This document shows positions 9,426 through 19,300 of a stretch of 64,000 nucleotides of DNA, one piece after another. The notes beneath the pieces are model-generated. The model saw only the letters and a program-made list of their open reading frames with translations. It searched no databases and was not told where the DNA came from. Numbering within the stretch: the stretch's first letter is position 1; each line of letters begins with the position of its first letter. Position numbers and translations under genes: made by a program. Source of the DNA: an uncultured Bacilli bacterium (GTDB taxonomy: Bacteria > Bacillota_I > Bacilli_A > RFN20 > CAG-826); contig CAKPJO010000001.1 of the NCBI GenBank assembly GCA_934162685.1, positions 30,602 through 94,601 on the forward strand. The letters run 5' to 3'.

Positions 9426-9620
9426 GTGATAGAAATGAACAAATGTGATTTTTGTAATTACTATGACCCATTTCAAAATAAATGTGGCTGTGCTTATTCT
9501 CCTAAAAATTGTACAGAAGCTATTAAAGCTTACTCACAAGTATTAATGAGTCAAAACAAGAATACTAAAACTAAAAACGTTAATATTAATAAAAACAATA
9601 ATAAAACGAAAGGAAAATAG
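9426..9620 (+). CDS. small Cys-rich protein (CDFCNYY...CGC...C)
   Basis: RBS GAGGTG; Cys cluster suggests metal binding. Confidence 0.45.
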   Translation: MIEMNKCDFCNYYDPFQNKCGCAYSPKNCTEAIKAYSQVLMSQNKNTKTKNVNINKNNNKTKGK

Positions 9621-9622
9621 TC

Positions 9623-10183
9623 ATGAGTAAAATAAAAATTGATCAATATACAAAAATGTTATTAGATGACATCATTTTACAAAGTAAGAAAGATGACGAT
9701 CCTGTTAAAAGCTTTTGTTTAGAATTTGTGTTTTATAATCAAGAAGAATGCTGGATTACTACAACCTATCAAAGTGGAAAAATAGACGAGGAAAAATATT
9801 TGGACAAGACTATGAACCAATTGGCTCTAGATCAATGTCCACTCGAAGGAAATCATATTGTTCTTCCAGCTGATTATGAGAGTGTTATCGATCCAAACAT
9901 TGTTGAAAATTTTCCAGGCTGGTCGAAAACGTATACGTTAGATTTAAGTAATATAGGAATTTTAACTGATAAAGAAAAAGAATATTTAAAAGCTGTAATT
10001 GAACCATATAGATTACTGGTCTCAGATATAAGTAAAATAGTTGGTTGGAATCATGATCCAGAACAAATTTTTGTTTATTTAGATTGTGGAGATCCAATTA
10101 CCTTTCCAATCATTTTACCAGAATTAAAATTTTCAGGAATGGAATTAAATAAGAATTATACTTTAGAAGATTTAGGAATATAA
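9623..10183 (+). CDS. hypothetical protein
   Basis: Coupled start (ATAGTCATG). Confidence 0.5.
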   Translation: MSKIKIDQYTKMLLDDIILQSKKDDDPVKSFCLEFVFYNQEECWITTTYQSGKIDEEKYLDKTMNQLALDQCPLEGNHIVLPADYESVIDPNIVENFPGWSKTYTLDLSNIGILTDKEKEYLKAVIEPYRLLVSDISKIVGWNHDPEQIFVYLDCGDPITFPIILPELKFSGMELNKNYTLEDLGI

Positions 10184-10196
10184 AGGAGAAAAGAAA

Positions 10197-11081
10197 ATGA
10201 AAATTAGTAATAAAACTTATAATGTATGTAGTCACTTTATACATTTATTTGAATCATTTGATTATAAAATAGGAAGTATTATTCTACGTAGGAATGAAGA
10301 CAGAGAAACAAATTTTTATGAAATTAGTTTATCTTTTTCGGGCAAAGATAATTCTAATAAACAATTTCAAACATCTGTATCAATGATTGATGAGGAAATG
10401 CATACAATATTATGTAAAAGGAGCAGAGACTTTTTGATATGTGATGATGTAAAAAGTTTACGTTTTCATTTTAATAATGTCCCATCTTTGTCTGATATTG
10501 AGAAGTATCTTTTAACACAGCTCTTTAATTATTATCATATAACAGAGGGAACGATTATGAAAAAAAGTAATCATCTTATCATTAAAACTAAAAATCCTTT
10601 TGAAGGAATAGAAACTGACATTGAAATAAATTTGTCTTTAAAGCCATTAAAAGACAATAATTTTAAAGAGCTGGAAGAAGAATATGAATATTTTATTGAG
10701 GATTTAGATTTAGGAGAAGATACAAGAAAAGCAGCATTGTTAAATCAAACGTTGTCAGCGTGCGATTGTATTTATCAAAATGGAAGAGTTCTCTATAAAG
10801 GCAATTTTAAAATTTCATTTAGTGAATTTTTAGATAAAGATAATGTTTTTATTCATTGTAAAACAAGAGATGACTTTGATTTCCTTATGGATAAATTAAT
10901 GGAAGCAACTCCTGGTAATATATTCTATAATGTTAATAAAGGCATCGAGGGTGTTTGGTATGATTATGGTGAAGATAGCTGTGTTAAAAATGATGGAACA
11001 GGGATGAAATACGAATATTGCAAAGCTTCAAAAAACAATTATGCTATTTATGAATTTGACGAATTAGATTTTAGTAAATAA
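10197..11081 (+). CDS. hypothetical protein with a C-terminal (A)IHCxT...YEFDELDF domain (family member 1)
   Basis: RBS AAGGAG. C-terminal ~90 aa is similar to 11098, 11395 and the 25823 C-terminus. Confidence 0.55.
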   Translation: MKISNKTYNVCSHFIHLFESFDYKIGSIILRRNEDRETNFYEISLSFSGKDNSNKQFQTSVSMIDEEMHTILCKRSRDFLICDDVKSLRFHFNNVPSLSDIEKYLLTQLFNYYHITEGTIMKKSNHLIIKTKNPFEGIETDIEINLSLKPLKDNNFKELEEEYEYFIEDLDLGEDTRKAALLNQTLSACDCIYQNGRVLYKGNFKISFSEFLDKDNVFIHCKTRDDFDFLMDKLMEATPGNIFYNVNKGIEGVWYDYGEDSCVKNDGTGMKYEYCKASKNNYAIYEFDELDFSK

Positions 11082-11097
11082 TAAGGGCAATAAAAAT

Positions 11098-11379
11098 ATG
11101 AAAATTAAATTAACTGAATTTTGGAATAGTAAAGAAAATCTTGCTATTCATTGCAATACGAAAGAAAAAGCAAATGAATTATTAAAAGCTTTTGATAGGC
11201 TTGGTAAGAAATGGAGTAATGGTATGAGTTATTTGGATGTTGATTATTATACTCTTGATTATGGTCTTTACTATAGGAACACTTGTTATTCAAATCATAA
11301 TAAATTTCATGGATATTCAAATTATAAATCACATGACTATACAATTTATGAATTCGAAGATGTTGATTTAAAAAATTAA
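11098..11379 (+). CDS. small protein of the AIHC(D/N)T...YEF(D/E)DVDL family (member 2)
   Basis: LAIHCNTKEKANELL...LGKKWSNG...TCY...IYEFEDVDL. Confidence 0.55.
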   Translation: MKIKLTEFWNSKENLAIHCNTKEKANELLKAFDRLGKKWSNGMSYLDVDYYTLDYGLYYRNTCYSNHNKFHGYSNYKSHDYTIYEFEDVDLKN

Positions 11380-11394
11380 GAAGGAAAAATCAAA

Positions 11395-11691
11395 ATGGAA
11401 AAATTAAATTCTAAAAAGAAAATTACATTAACAAAATTTTTAGACGATTATGATAGAGATTTGGCTATTCACTGTGATACTGAAATACAGGCAAGAATAT
11501 TACAAAAAACAATTCGTAAATCGCTCAAAAAAAGATGGAATATTAAAATATCTGATCAAAAAGATACTTTTTGTAGATGTTATAAACGAGACACCTGCTA
11601 TGACAATGATAATTGCTGTGGATCTCGTGATTGGTACGAAACGATGGGTTATTTAATCTACGAATTTGATGAAGTTGATTTAGATAAATAA
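11395..11691 (+). CDS. small protein of the AIHCDT...YEFDEVDL family (member 3)
   Basis: LAIHCDTEIQARIL...KKRWN...TCY...IYEFDEVDL. Confidence 0.55.
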   Translation: MEKLNSKKKITLTKFLDDYDRDLAIHCDTEIQARILQKTIRKSLKKRWNIKISDQKDTFCRCYKRDTCYDNDNCCGSRDWYETMGYLIYEFDEVDLDK

Positions 11692-11747
11692 AAGACCTCT
11701 TTTATTTAGTGGAACTTGTGCGTAAAAAGCATAAGTTCTTTTTTTAC

Positions 11748-11790
11748 TTGACATTTACAAATATTTATATATAATTTAAGTAAGTAAGAA
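11748..11790 (+). promoter_or_regulatory. sigma-A type promoter P3 (TTGACA-16-TATAAT)
   Basis: Consensus hexamers upstream of the 11804 ORF, homing endonuclease and dnaE part 2 cassette. Confidence 0.55.
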
Positions 11791-11803
11791 AGGGTGATAT
11801 CAA

Positions 11804-12025
11804 ATGAAAAAGATTATTATTATTTGTAACGACAAAGTTATTTCAGAACACGAAACATCAGATGTATATTATGATGCAATGATGAAAGAATGTGAAAGAC
11901 AACTAAATGAAGGAACTCTAGATAGTAGAGTGTTTGAGTTCAATGAAAAAGAACAAGCTAAAATCACTAAATATATAGTGAACAATCTCATATATAAATT
12001 AATAGATAAGAAAGAAGTTGAATAG
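11804..12025 (+). CDS. hypothetical protein
   Basis: RBS AAAGGGTG. Confidence 0.45.
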   Translation: MKKIIIICNDKVISEHETSDVYYDAMMKECERQLNEGTLDSRVFEFNEKEQAKITKYIVNNLIYKLIDKKEVE

Positions 12026-13031
12026 AATGAATTTTGAAAATAGAGAATATAATAAACCTTCGCAAATTGAATATGAAGGTACTTTAACTAAAAATAGGAA
12101 TCAAAGGCCTACTTGTGACCAAAAGTTTTTAGACTGGTGTGTGGCTAATGCAGAACGTTTTAGCTCTTATTATACTATGGCTAAAGCATTAGGACTTGAT
12201 GGCAGGGCTTTTCAACGTTTAATAGAAGATTATAACATTACATTAACATTTGATAGTAAAGCTGCTCATACTCCTAAATTATATCAAGATTATGACTGGT
12301 TATATAATCAAATTGTTACTTTAAATAAGTCTCGTAAGCAAGTAGCTGAAGAAAATGGCTGGACAGTTAGAGTTTTAGAAAAATGGATGGGCATTTTAGG
12401 AATTAATAGAAGAACATACCAAGATTTAAAACAAATGTCTGATAAGCAAAGAGATTTAATTAAATTCTCATTATTAGGTGACGGATGTGTTTCTGATACA
12501 GGATTTTTTATTGTGTCTCATAGTGAAAAGCAAAAAGATTATTTATATTGGAAATATGAAATGTTGAAAGATCTTTGCTCGCATGAACCGACACGATATG
12601 ATGAGAGTGTTAAAATAATTAACGGAAAAGAAGTTAATTGCGAACCATATTATAGATTTAATACTAGAAAATTAAAGGAATTGTTTAATCTTAGAGAAAT
12701 GCCAATAGAACAAATTGTTAATGATTTAGATGAATTTGGTTTGTCAATTTGGATGTTGGACGATGCTAGCCGAGATGCTTCTTGGAAGTTATGTATAGCC
12801 GCTTATCCTGAAGAAACTAGAACATTTATTGTAAATTATTTTAAGGATAAAGGTTTTTTATCTGCTAAAGTAAGGCTATATGATACAAGATATGTGGAAT
12901 TTAATGCTGACGACAGTAGAAAAATAGATGCTATAATTTTGCGTAACATTCCTCACAATTTAGACATTATACAATATAAAATTATAAATAATAGTAGAAT
13001 TAAATCACCAAGGAGGGGAAATAATGGCTAG
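12018..13031 (+). CDS. free-standing LAGLIDADG homing endonuclease with an N-terminal DNA-binding region
   Basis: Two LAGLIDADG-type motifs (LLGDGCVSD, WMLDDASRD). Located exactly at the junction that splits dnaE; overlaps both neighbours. Confidence 0.7.
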   Translation: MNRMNFENREYNKPSQIEYEGTLTKNRNQRPTCDQKFLDWCVANAERFSSYYTMAKALGLDGRAFQRLIEDYNITLTFDSKAAHTPKLYQDYDWLYNQIVTLNKSRKQVAEENGWTVRVLEKWMGILGINRRTYQDLKQMSDKQRDLIKFSLLGDGCVSDTGFFIVSHSEKQKDYLYWKYEMLKDLCSHEPTRYDESVKIINGKEVNCEPYYRFNTRKLKELFNLREMPIEQIVNDLDEFGLSIWMLDDASRDASWKLCIAAYPEETRTFIVNYFKDKGFLSAKVRLYDTRYVEFNADDSRKIDAIILRNIPHNLDIIQYKIINNSRIKSPRRGNNG

Positions 13032-14583
13032 GCGTCTTTTCCTAGATTATGTCTGGGGAAAATGCATTCAACCACAAGTAGGATACGCCTTTTCTTTGCC
13101 GCACGATATTAGTTATTCTATAGAAGCCGTCCAAGAAGCTAATTTAGCAACAAGATATAACCCTCTTTTTTGGGAATGTGCTTGCCTTTGTATCAACGCA
13201 GGAAATACGGAAACAGGATTTGAAGAAGACGATGATGAAGAGCAAGACGAGGAAGAAAAGAAAACTAAATCAGGAGCACCATCATATGGTAAAATTTCAA
13301 AAGCTTTAACCGATTGTAGGCTTCACGGTGTAAATATTGAATTTCCAAACATTAATACATCTCAAGCAGATTTCGTTCCTGATATTGAAAATAATAGTAT
13401 TTTATATAGTTTAAAGACTGTTACAAATGTGAGCGATGATTTATATTCACAAATCATTCAGAATAGACCTTATTCATCAATAGAAGATTTCTGTTCTAAA
13501 GTATCTGTTACACCAGCACAAATGTCCAGTTTAATTAAAGCTGGTTGCTTCAATTCTTTATATAAGATGTCAAGACGAGCAATTCTCTATGCTTATTTCA
13601 ATTATTTAGCAAATCAAGAAATAATCCTTAAAAAAACATTGAACTTATCTCATTTAAAGAAAGCTTTGTCTCTTGGTGAGAAATTTCCAGGTTATGAAGA
13701 TAAAATTCAATTATTATATTTTAAAGTATACATTGATAAAAATCAAAAATTAGATCCTAGTAAAGAGGCATTCTCACTTAATGCTTTATTAAATAAGAAA
13801 TGTTATAAACTCACGGAAGAATCTTGCATCAGCTTTTTCAATATGAAAGTTGCGCCTTCATTAGATTTAAGAAAAGGTGATTATGATTATTTAGATGGAC
13901 ACACAATATTATTAAAAGCATCAAGCTTTACAAAATTCTATGATGCTCAAATGAAAGAATTAACTGATTATCTAAATTCTGAACAAGGTAAATTAGTATT
14001 TCAAAAAATGGAAAAAGATGCTTTTATAAAAGATCTTATTGAAAAATACGCAGAAGGAACCGAAGCTGACTGGGATATGCAAACAATGAATTTTTATCAA
14101 TCTGAACACGCACTTGCTAGAATGTCCGAAATAAAGTATAACATTAAGAATTTTAATAAATTACCAGAAACGCCTATAACACGTAAGTATATAGGTAAAG
14201 ACGGAGAAGAAAAAGAGACAGCTGAAACTTGTGCAATATGTGGTACAGTTGTAGATGCTAATAATGTTAAACACGTGGTAAGTTTATTAACTAAGTATGG
14301 AGTGGTTAATGTTAAATTATTCTCACAAGCATATTCTAATTTTAGTCAAAAGATAAGTATTGTTGAAGATGCCGCCAAAAAGAAGAAAACAGTTTTAGAC
14401 GACTCTTGGTTTAAAAGAGGAACGAAATTAATTATTCACGGGTTCAGAAGAGAAAATATGTTTGTTGCTAAAACTGAATATGTTAATAAAGTTCCTAAAA
14501 TGGTAGGATTAATAGAAAGTTTAGATACAAACGGAAATGCTTCTATTAGATACACAAGAAAGAAGAAAATTAGTCAAGAATAA
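13024..14583 (+). CDS. dnaE: DNA polymerase III alpha (DnaE-like) C-terminal cistron; fingers/HhH/beta-binding region
   Basis: [32 protein letters not shown] aligns with DnaE [46 protein letters not shown] aligns with GLKILPPDINSG. Continues the alignment where 3721..7479 stops. Confidence 0.75.
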   Translation: [519 protein letters not shown]

Positions 14584-14600
14584 CACTTGACTTTTTCTTT
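14572..14600 (+). terminator. intrinsic terminator whose 3' arm is the -35 of P4
   Basis: AGTCAAGaataacaCTTGACT plus T5. Confidence 0.6.
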
Positions 14601-14625
14601 TATTTATATATAATATGGAATGTAT
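14587..14625 (+). promoter_or_regulatory. sigma-A type promoter P4 (TTGACT-16-TATAAT)
   Basis: Consensus hexamers, followed by GAAAGAAGG RBS of the helicase gene. Confidence 0.6.
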
Positions 14626-14643
14626 AGAAAGAAGGTATTTTAA

Positions 14644-17064
14644 ATGGCAACAGAACCAAGTAAATTATTAGGTCAAGGAATTACAGCTAAAGTAACCCTT
14701 AACAACTATCGTTTTCCTCGTTATGGACACGAATCTGGCAAGTATGCTATTGTTTTATTAAGAGTTGAAAAATTATTGGAAGGAGAAATTCCTGATGATT
14801 TTAAAACCATTATGGGAGAATATGTTATTGTAGCAACAGGAAATATGCCTAAATTAAAAGAAGGCGTTGAGTACAATTTCATGGGAACTTTAACCAAGAA
14901 TAATAAATACGGGCTTCAATATGAAGTCGTCTCGATGCATTTAGATTATAATTTAGAAAATAAAGAAGATCAAAGAAAATTCTTCAGTTTCTTCATGACT
15001 GATAGACAAATAGATTTATTATTTGAACAAGTGGAAGATCCTATTGCTTGTTTAAGAAATAAAACAGTAGAAGAGCTTTTAAAAGTAAAAGGTATAGGAC
15101 CTGTAACAGCGCGCAGAATGTGTGAACGATATGAAGAATGTAAAGACAATAGTAGAGCATATGTTGAATTAAAACAATTTGATTTAACAAAACGTGCTAT
15201 TGATCGTTTAATTAGTCAATACGGTTCTGCTGATGTTGCGGTTGAAAAAGTAATCGGTAATCCTTACATTTTAATTAAAGAAGTTAGAGGTTATGGCTGG
15301 AAAAAAGCTGATGAAATCGCTAAAAGACAAGGATTTACAAATGATTGTAAAGAAAGAGTATTGGCATATGCACAATATTATTTAGAAACACAAGGAGATC
15401 AAAATGGTAATTCTTGGGTATCTATTAACGATTTATGTTCAAATGTGGCCGCTGAATGTGTACCTGTGTCAAATGAAAACTTAGTTAATTGGTTGAAAGA
15501 GGTTATGCTTCCAGATAGTTTATATACTGAATTTTATAATGAAAAATATTTTAATCATAATGATAAAGTAGAGGATCCAAAAGCTTGGTTATATTTTGAC
15601 CAAAAGACAAGAGAAGTTGGATTATTAAGCATTAAAATTCTAGAAGATGAAATTGCGCGTCATTTACAACGAATTAAAAACGCTGAACCTGTCTTTAAGT
15701 ATGATAAAGAAGAATGTCAAAAGATTATCGAAGAAGTTGAAGAAGAACAAGGTTTTAAATATACAAATGAACAAATTAAAGCCATTTGGATGATGCTAGA
15801 TAATAACATTGGTATCTTAACAGGTTCTGCTGGTACTGGTAAATCTAACACATTAACAGCTGTTGTGCGTATATTCGATCATTATGATATGAGTATTAAA
15901 CAATGTGCTTTATCTGGTCGTGCGTCAAGTAAATTAACTGAAATTACTGGTGTTGAAGGTAAAACTATCCATAGATTATTAGCTTATTCAACTGATGCAG
16001 ACCAATTCTCATTTAATGAAAGAAGACCTTTACACGACGATTGTATTATTCTTGATGAAGCTTCAATGGTTGGAGGGGAACTATTCTTATCATTAATTAG
16101 TGCGGTTAAAAACGGTGCTAAATTCATTATGGTAGGAGATATTCAACAATTAGAATGTATTGGATTATGTAATGTTTTAAAAGACTGTTTAACGTCAGGT
16201 TATATTCCTTCTGTGATGTTAAGTAAGATCCATCGTCAAGCGGCTAAATCTGGTATTATTTCTCAATCTTTAAGAGTATCCGCAGGAGAACCTTTAGTTC
16301 AAAATACATTTGAAGGAACCGAAACTCGTGGAGATTTGTTAGATTTTCATATCATTGCATCTAATGATAATAGAATGACACAAGAAAATATTATTAATAG
16401 ATTTAAAGAATTATATTTCAATCGTAGAATTTCAGCAGAAGATATTCAAGTATTAGTTCCTATGAGAGTTCGAGGAGATATTTCTTGTAGAGCTTTAAAT
16501 GAAGTTATTCAATCAATTGTAAATTCTACAATGACATTTAATGCTGTTACGGTTAAATATCTAGATAGTGGAACTAAATATGAGGTTACTTATAAACCAC
16601 GTGACCGTGTAATTGTAACACGTAATAACTATAAAGCATTGACACCTAATGGTAAAGAAGTTGCTATTTTTAATGGTAATGTTGGTTACATTAAAGATAT
16701 TGATATTAAAGAAAGATCTATGACTATTGTGCTTCCAGAACAAGGAGAAGTCATTCTTGGAGAAGAACAATGGGGTGATATTCAATTGGGATATGCTATT
16801 ACAATCCATAAAAAACAAGGTGACAGTATTCCTTATGCAATTATAGGTTTAGATACTAGTTGTTATGCTTTATATTCAAAAGAATTAGTATATACAGCAA
16901 TCACTCGTGCAAGGACAGATTGTACACTTGTAACACAAGCTAAAGCTATTAATCAAGCTGTTAAAATCAGTCGTATTAGAACAAAACAAACTTGGTTAAA
17001 AGAGTCTTTAAAGAAATTATATATGAATTCAATGGAAGCAATAACAGGTCACAATAATGATTAA
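14644..17064 (+). CDS. RecD-like SF1 DNA helicase with an N-terminal HhH region
   Basis: Walker A GSAGTGKS, Walker B ILDEASMV, VGDIQQL, TIHKKQGDS, YTAITRAR. HhH VKGIGPVTARRM. Confidence 0.8.
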   Translation: MATEPSKLLGQGITAKVTLNNYRFPRYGHESGKYAIVLLRVEKLLEGEIPDDFKTIMGEYVIVATGNMPKLKEGVEYNFMGTLTKNNKYGLQYEVVSMHLDYNLENKEDQRKFFSFFMTDRQIDLLFEQVEDPIACLRNKTVEELLKVKGIGPVTARRMCERYEECKDNSRAYVELKQFDLTKRAIDRLISQYGSADVAVEKVIGNPYILIKEVRGYGWKKADEIAKRQGFTNDCKERVLAYAQYYLETQGDQNGNSWVSINDLCSNVAAECVPVSNENLVNWLKEVMLPDSLYTEFYNEKYFNHNDKVEDPKAWLYFDQKTREVGLLSIKILEDEIARHLQRIKNAEPVFKYDKEECQKIIEEVEEEQGFKYTNEQIKAIWMMLDNNIGILTGSAGTGKSNTLTAVVRIFDHYDMSIKQCALSGRASSKLTEITGVEGKTIHRLLAYSTDADQFSFNERRPLHDDCIILDEASMVGGELFLSLISAVKNGAKFIMVGDIQQLECIGLCNVLKDCLTSGYIPSVMLSKIHRQAAKSGIISQSLRVSAGEPLVQNTFEGTETRGDLLDFHIIASNDNRMTQENIINRFKELYFNRRISAEDIQVLVPMRVRGDISCRALNEVIQSIVNSTMTFNAVTVKYLDSGTKYEVTYKPRDRVIVTRNNYKALTPNGKEVAIFNGNVGYIKDIDIKERSMTIVLPEQGEVILGEEQWGDIQLGYAITIHKKQGDSIPYAIIGLDTSCYALYSKELVYTAITRARTDCTLVTQAKAINQAVKISRIRTKQTWLKESLKKLYMNSMEAITGHNND

Positions 17065-17086
17065 GAAAGAGAGTTGTAGTTAAAAC

Positions 17087-17665
17087 ATGGATTATGTTAC
17101 ATCAGATTTACATTTTAGACACAATCGAATTATTATATTTGAAAGAACTCAATTTAAAACCGTTGAAGAACACGATCAATATATTATAGAACAATGGAAT
17201 TCAGTTATTCAAGATCACGATAGAGTATTTGTGTTAGGGGATCTTGGATTTAAGCCTTTTGCAGATTTAGGTAAACTTGTTAAGCAATTAAAAGGACATA
17301 AAATTTTAGTTAAAGGAAATCACGATCAAATGGTTGTGGGAGACGCAATTAATATGGGTTTTGAAATGATGTATGACCATCCTATTTATTATAATACACA
17401 CATAATATTATCTCACGAACCTGTAAAAGAAGCGTGGGATAATCCTTATGTTTATAATATTCACGGGCATTGTCATAACTTTCAAACTATTGACGCACCT
17501 AATTTTGTAAATGTTAATATTGCCACCACTGATTATAAGCCAATTCCTATGGCACAATTTGTATCTAAAGCTAATTTAAGATGTAAATCAAGAAAAGAAA
17601 AATGGGAAACCGAATGGTATTGTCCATATTTATTAAAAAAAGAGCAAGATAGTCGCAATAAGTGA
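17087..17665 (+). CDS. calcineurin-like metallophosphoesterase
   Basis: Motifs DLHF, VFVLGDLGF, VKGNHD, IHGHCH. Confidence 0.7.
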   Translation: MDYVTSDLHFRHNRIIIFERTQFKTVEEHDQYIIEQWNSVIQDHDRVFVLGDLGFKPFADLGKLVKQLKGHKILVKGNHDQMVVGDAINMGFEMMYDHPIYYNTHIILSHEPVKEAWDNPYVYNIHGHCHNFQTIDAPNFVNVNIATTDYKPIPMAQFVSKANLRCKSRKEKWETEWYCPYLLKKEQDSRNK

Positions 17666-17685
17666 AAAAATTGCGACTTTTTCTT
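17651..17685 (+). terminator. intrinsic terminator (AGTCGCAA...TTGCGACT plus T5)
   Basis: 8-bp stem hairpin then T-run, immediately followed by P5. Confidence 0.6.
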
Positions 17686-17693
17686 CTTTTTCT

Positions 17694-17740
17694 ATTGACT
17701 TTTAAATATATTCTAGTATTATTAATAATGTAAAAGGGAG
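17694..17740 (+). promoter_or_regulatory. sigma-A type promoter P5 (TTGACT; weaker -10; TAATAATGTAAAAGGGAGG)
   Basis: -35 consensus and downstream AATGTAA box. Confidence 0.45.
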
Positions 17741-17748
17741 GTATTATT

Positions 17749-18030
17749 ATGTTACCAATAACAGAAGTTAAACGCATTGTCAAAAAAGAAATTGAAAGGT
17801 TAGGTTACGGATGTAAAGAAATAGAATCTAAGTCAACAACATCAGTATATTATAAAATCTATTTTGGTGAAGCAAATATGATTTTTAGAATTGCTGACCA
17901 TAAAGGAAAACAAGATATTATTACTTTACGTATTGATAAAAAAACCACACCTGAAACGATTAAACAATTTGCTAAAAATCGTATTAAAGATTTAGCATGG
18001 CGTAAGACTAAAATGACACTTGGCTTGTAA
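17749..18030 (+). CDS. hypothetical basic protein
   Basis: RBS AAAGGGAGG. Confidence 0.5.
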   Translation: MLPITEVKRIVKKEIERLGYGCKEIESKSTTSVYYKIYFGEANMIFRIADHKGKQDIITLRIDKKTTPETIKQFAKNRIKDLAWRKTKMTLGL

Positions 18031-18045
18031 AGGAGGTATAGCAAA

Positions 18046-19296
18046 ATGGCAGAAGAAGAATACAAGCGTGCATTAGCACATGTCGAAAAAGTAGTAGATA
18101 TTCAACCTATTGAAGGAGCAGATCGAATTGTTCTTGCAACTATTTTAGGTTGGAAAGTAGTAGTTAAAAAAGATGAATTTAAGGTAGGAGATTTAGCAGT
18201 TTATGTGGAAATTGACTCTGTTTTACCTGCCGATGATGTGAGATTTGAGTTTTTAAAGAGCAAAGATTATCGCATCAAAACAATGAAACTAAACAAATTC
18301 AAAGTGTTTAGTCAAGGAATTGCGTTCCACGTTAACGAATTTCCAGAAATTAAAAATCCTGCTGAAGGAATGGATGTGACAGAGGTTCTAAAGATTACGA
18401 AATATGAACCATATGAACCACCAGTTAAATCTCTTTCTTACAAAGAAGCTAAAAATAAGAGAATGTTTGCTCGACATCCTAAATTTTTCCAAAGTAAATT
18501 TGGTAAATTTGTCAGAAAACATCCTACTTTATTAAAGATATTTGAACATTTCTGGGGCGGCAAAAATATTAAACCTAAGAAATTCCCTGATTGGATTAGA
18601 AGAACTGACGAAATCAGATGTGAAAATATTGCAAATATTTGTTCTTATAAAAAACCGCTTTTAGTAACGTGTAAAGTTGATGGTTCAAGTACAACTTTTG
18701 CATTAAGATTTAAGAATGAAAAACATAAGAAATATGAAATATTTGTATGTTCTCGTAATGTGCGTATGTTAACCGAAACACAATCTTGTTACTTTGAAAC
18801 AAACGTATATTATGAAATGTTTAAAAAATATGATGTTGAAGAATTCTTAAAGGCAACAGCAAATCTGTTACAAGCAGACTTTGTTATTTTACAAGGTGAA
18901 ACATATGGCGATAAATTACAAGGAAATCCTTATAAAATGGATTATGTTGATTTTAGAGGTTATAACTTAATTTATGGTTATATGGAAGGAACAAAGCAAT
19001 TTAAAGCAAATGTTAATAACCCACTATATCATAGAGTAGGAGACACTATTCAAACACGCATCAATAGTATTAAAGCTAAAGAAATGTGTGAAATTCATGA
19101 TATTAAATGGGTTCCAATTTTAGAAGAGAACTTCATTCTTCCTGATACAATGGAAGAATTAAAACAACAAGCTACTGGAGCATCAGTTATTAATCCTAAA
19201 GTATTAAGAGAAGGACTTGTTTATCGTTCAACGACTGATCCAGAGTTCTCATTTAAAAATGTTTCAAGAGAATATTTACTAAGCAAGGGGGAATAA
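18046..19296 (+). CDS. ATP-dependent RNA ligase-like protein (nucleotidyltransferase KxDG family)
   Basis: Motif I CKVDGSS, motif IV-like REGLVYR, C-terminal Lys motif; N-terminal nucleic-acid-binding-like domain. Confidence 0.55.
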   Translation: MAEEEYKRALAHVEKVVDIQPIEGADRIVLATILGWKVVVKKDEFKVGDLAVYVEIDSVLPADDVRFEFLKSKDYRIKTMKLNKFKVFSQGIAFHVNEFPEIKNPAEGMDVTEVLKITKYEPYEPPVKSLSYKEAKNKRMFARHPKFFQSKFGKFVRKHPTLLKIFEHFWGGKNIKPKKFPDWIRRTDEIRCENIANICSYKKPLLVTCKVDGSSTTFALRFKNEKHKKYEIFVCSRNVRMLTETQSCYFETNVYYEMFKKYDVEEFLKATANLLQADFVILQGETYGDKLQGNPYKMDYVDFRGYNLIYGYMEGTKQFKANVNNPLYHRVGDTIQTRINSIKAKEMCEIHDIKWVPILEENFILPDTMEELKQQATGASVINPKVLREGLVYRSTTDPEFSFKNVSREYLLSKGE

Positions 19297-19300
19297 AACT

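Noticed and set aside
7479-13024. Trans-splicing split intein joining the two DnaE halves
   Set aside because: The C-terminus of part 1 (…PEVSEELDF) has no N-intein block A (no Cys/Ser start). The N-terminus of part 2 (MARRLF…) lacks C-intein HN plus nucleophile motifs. The split looks like a simple two-cistron arrangement.
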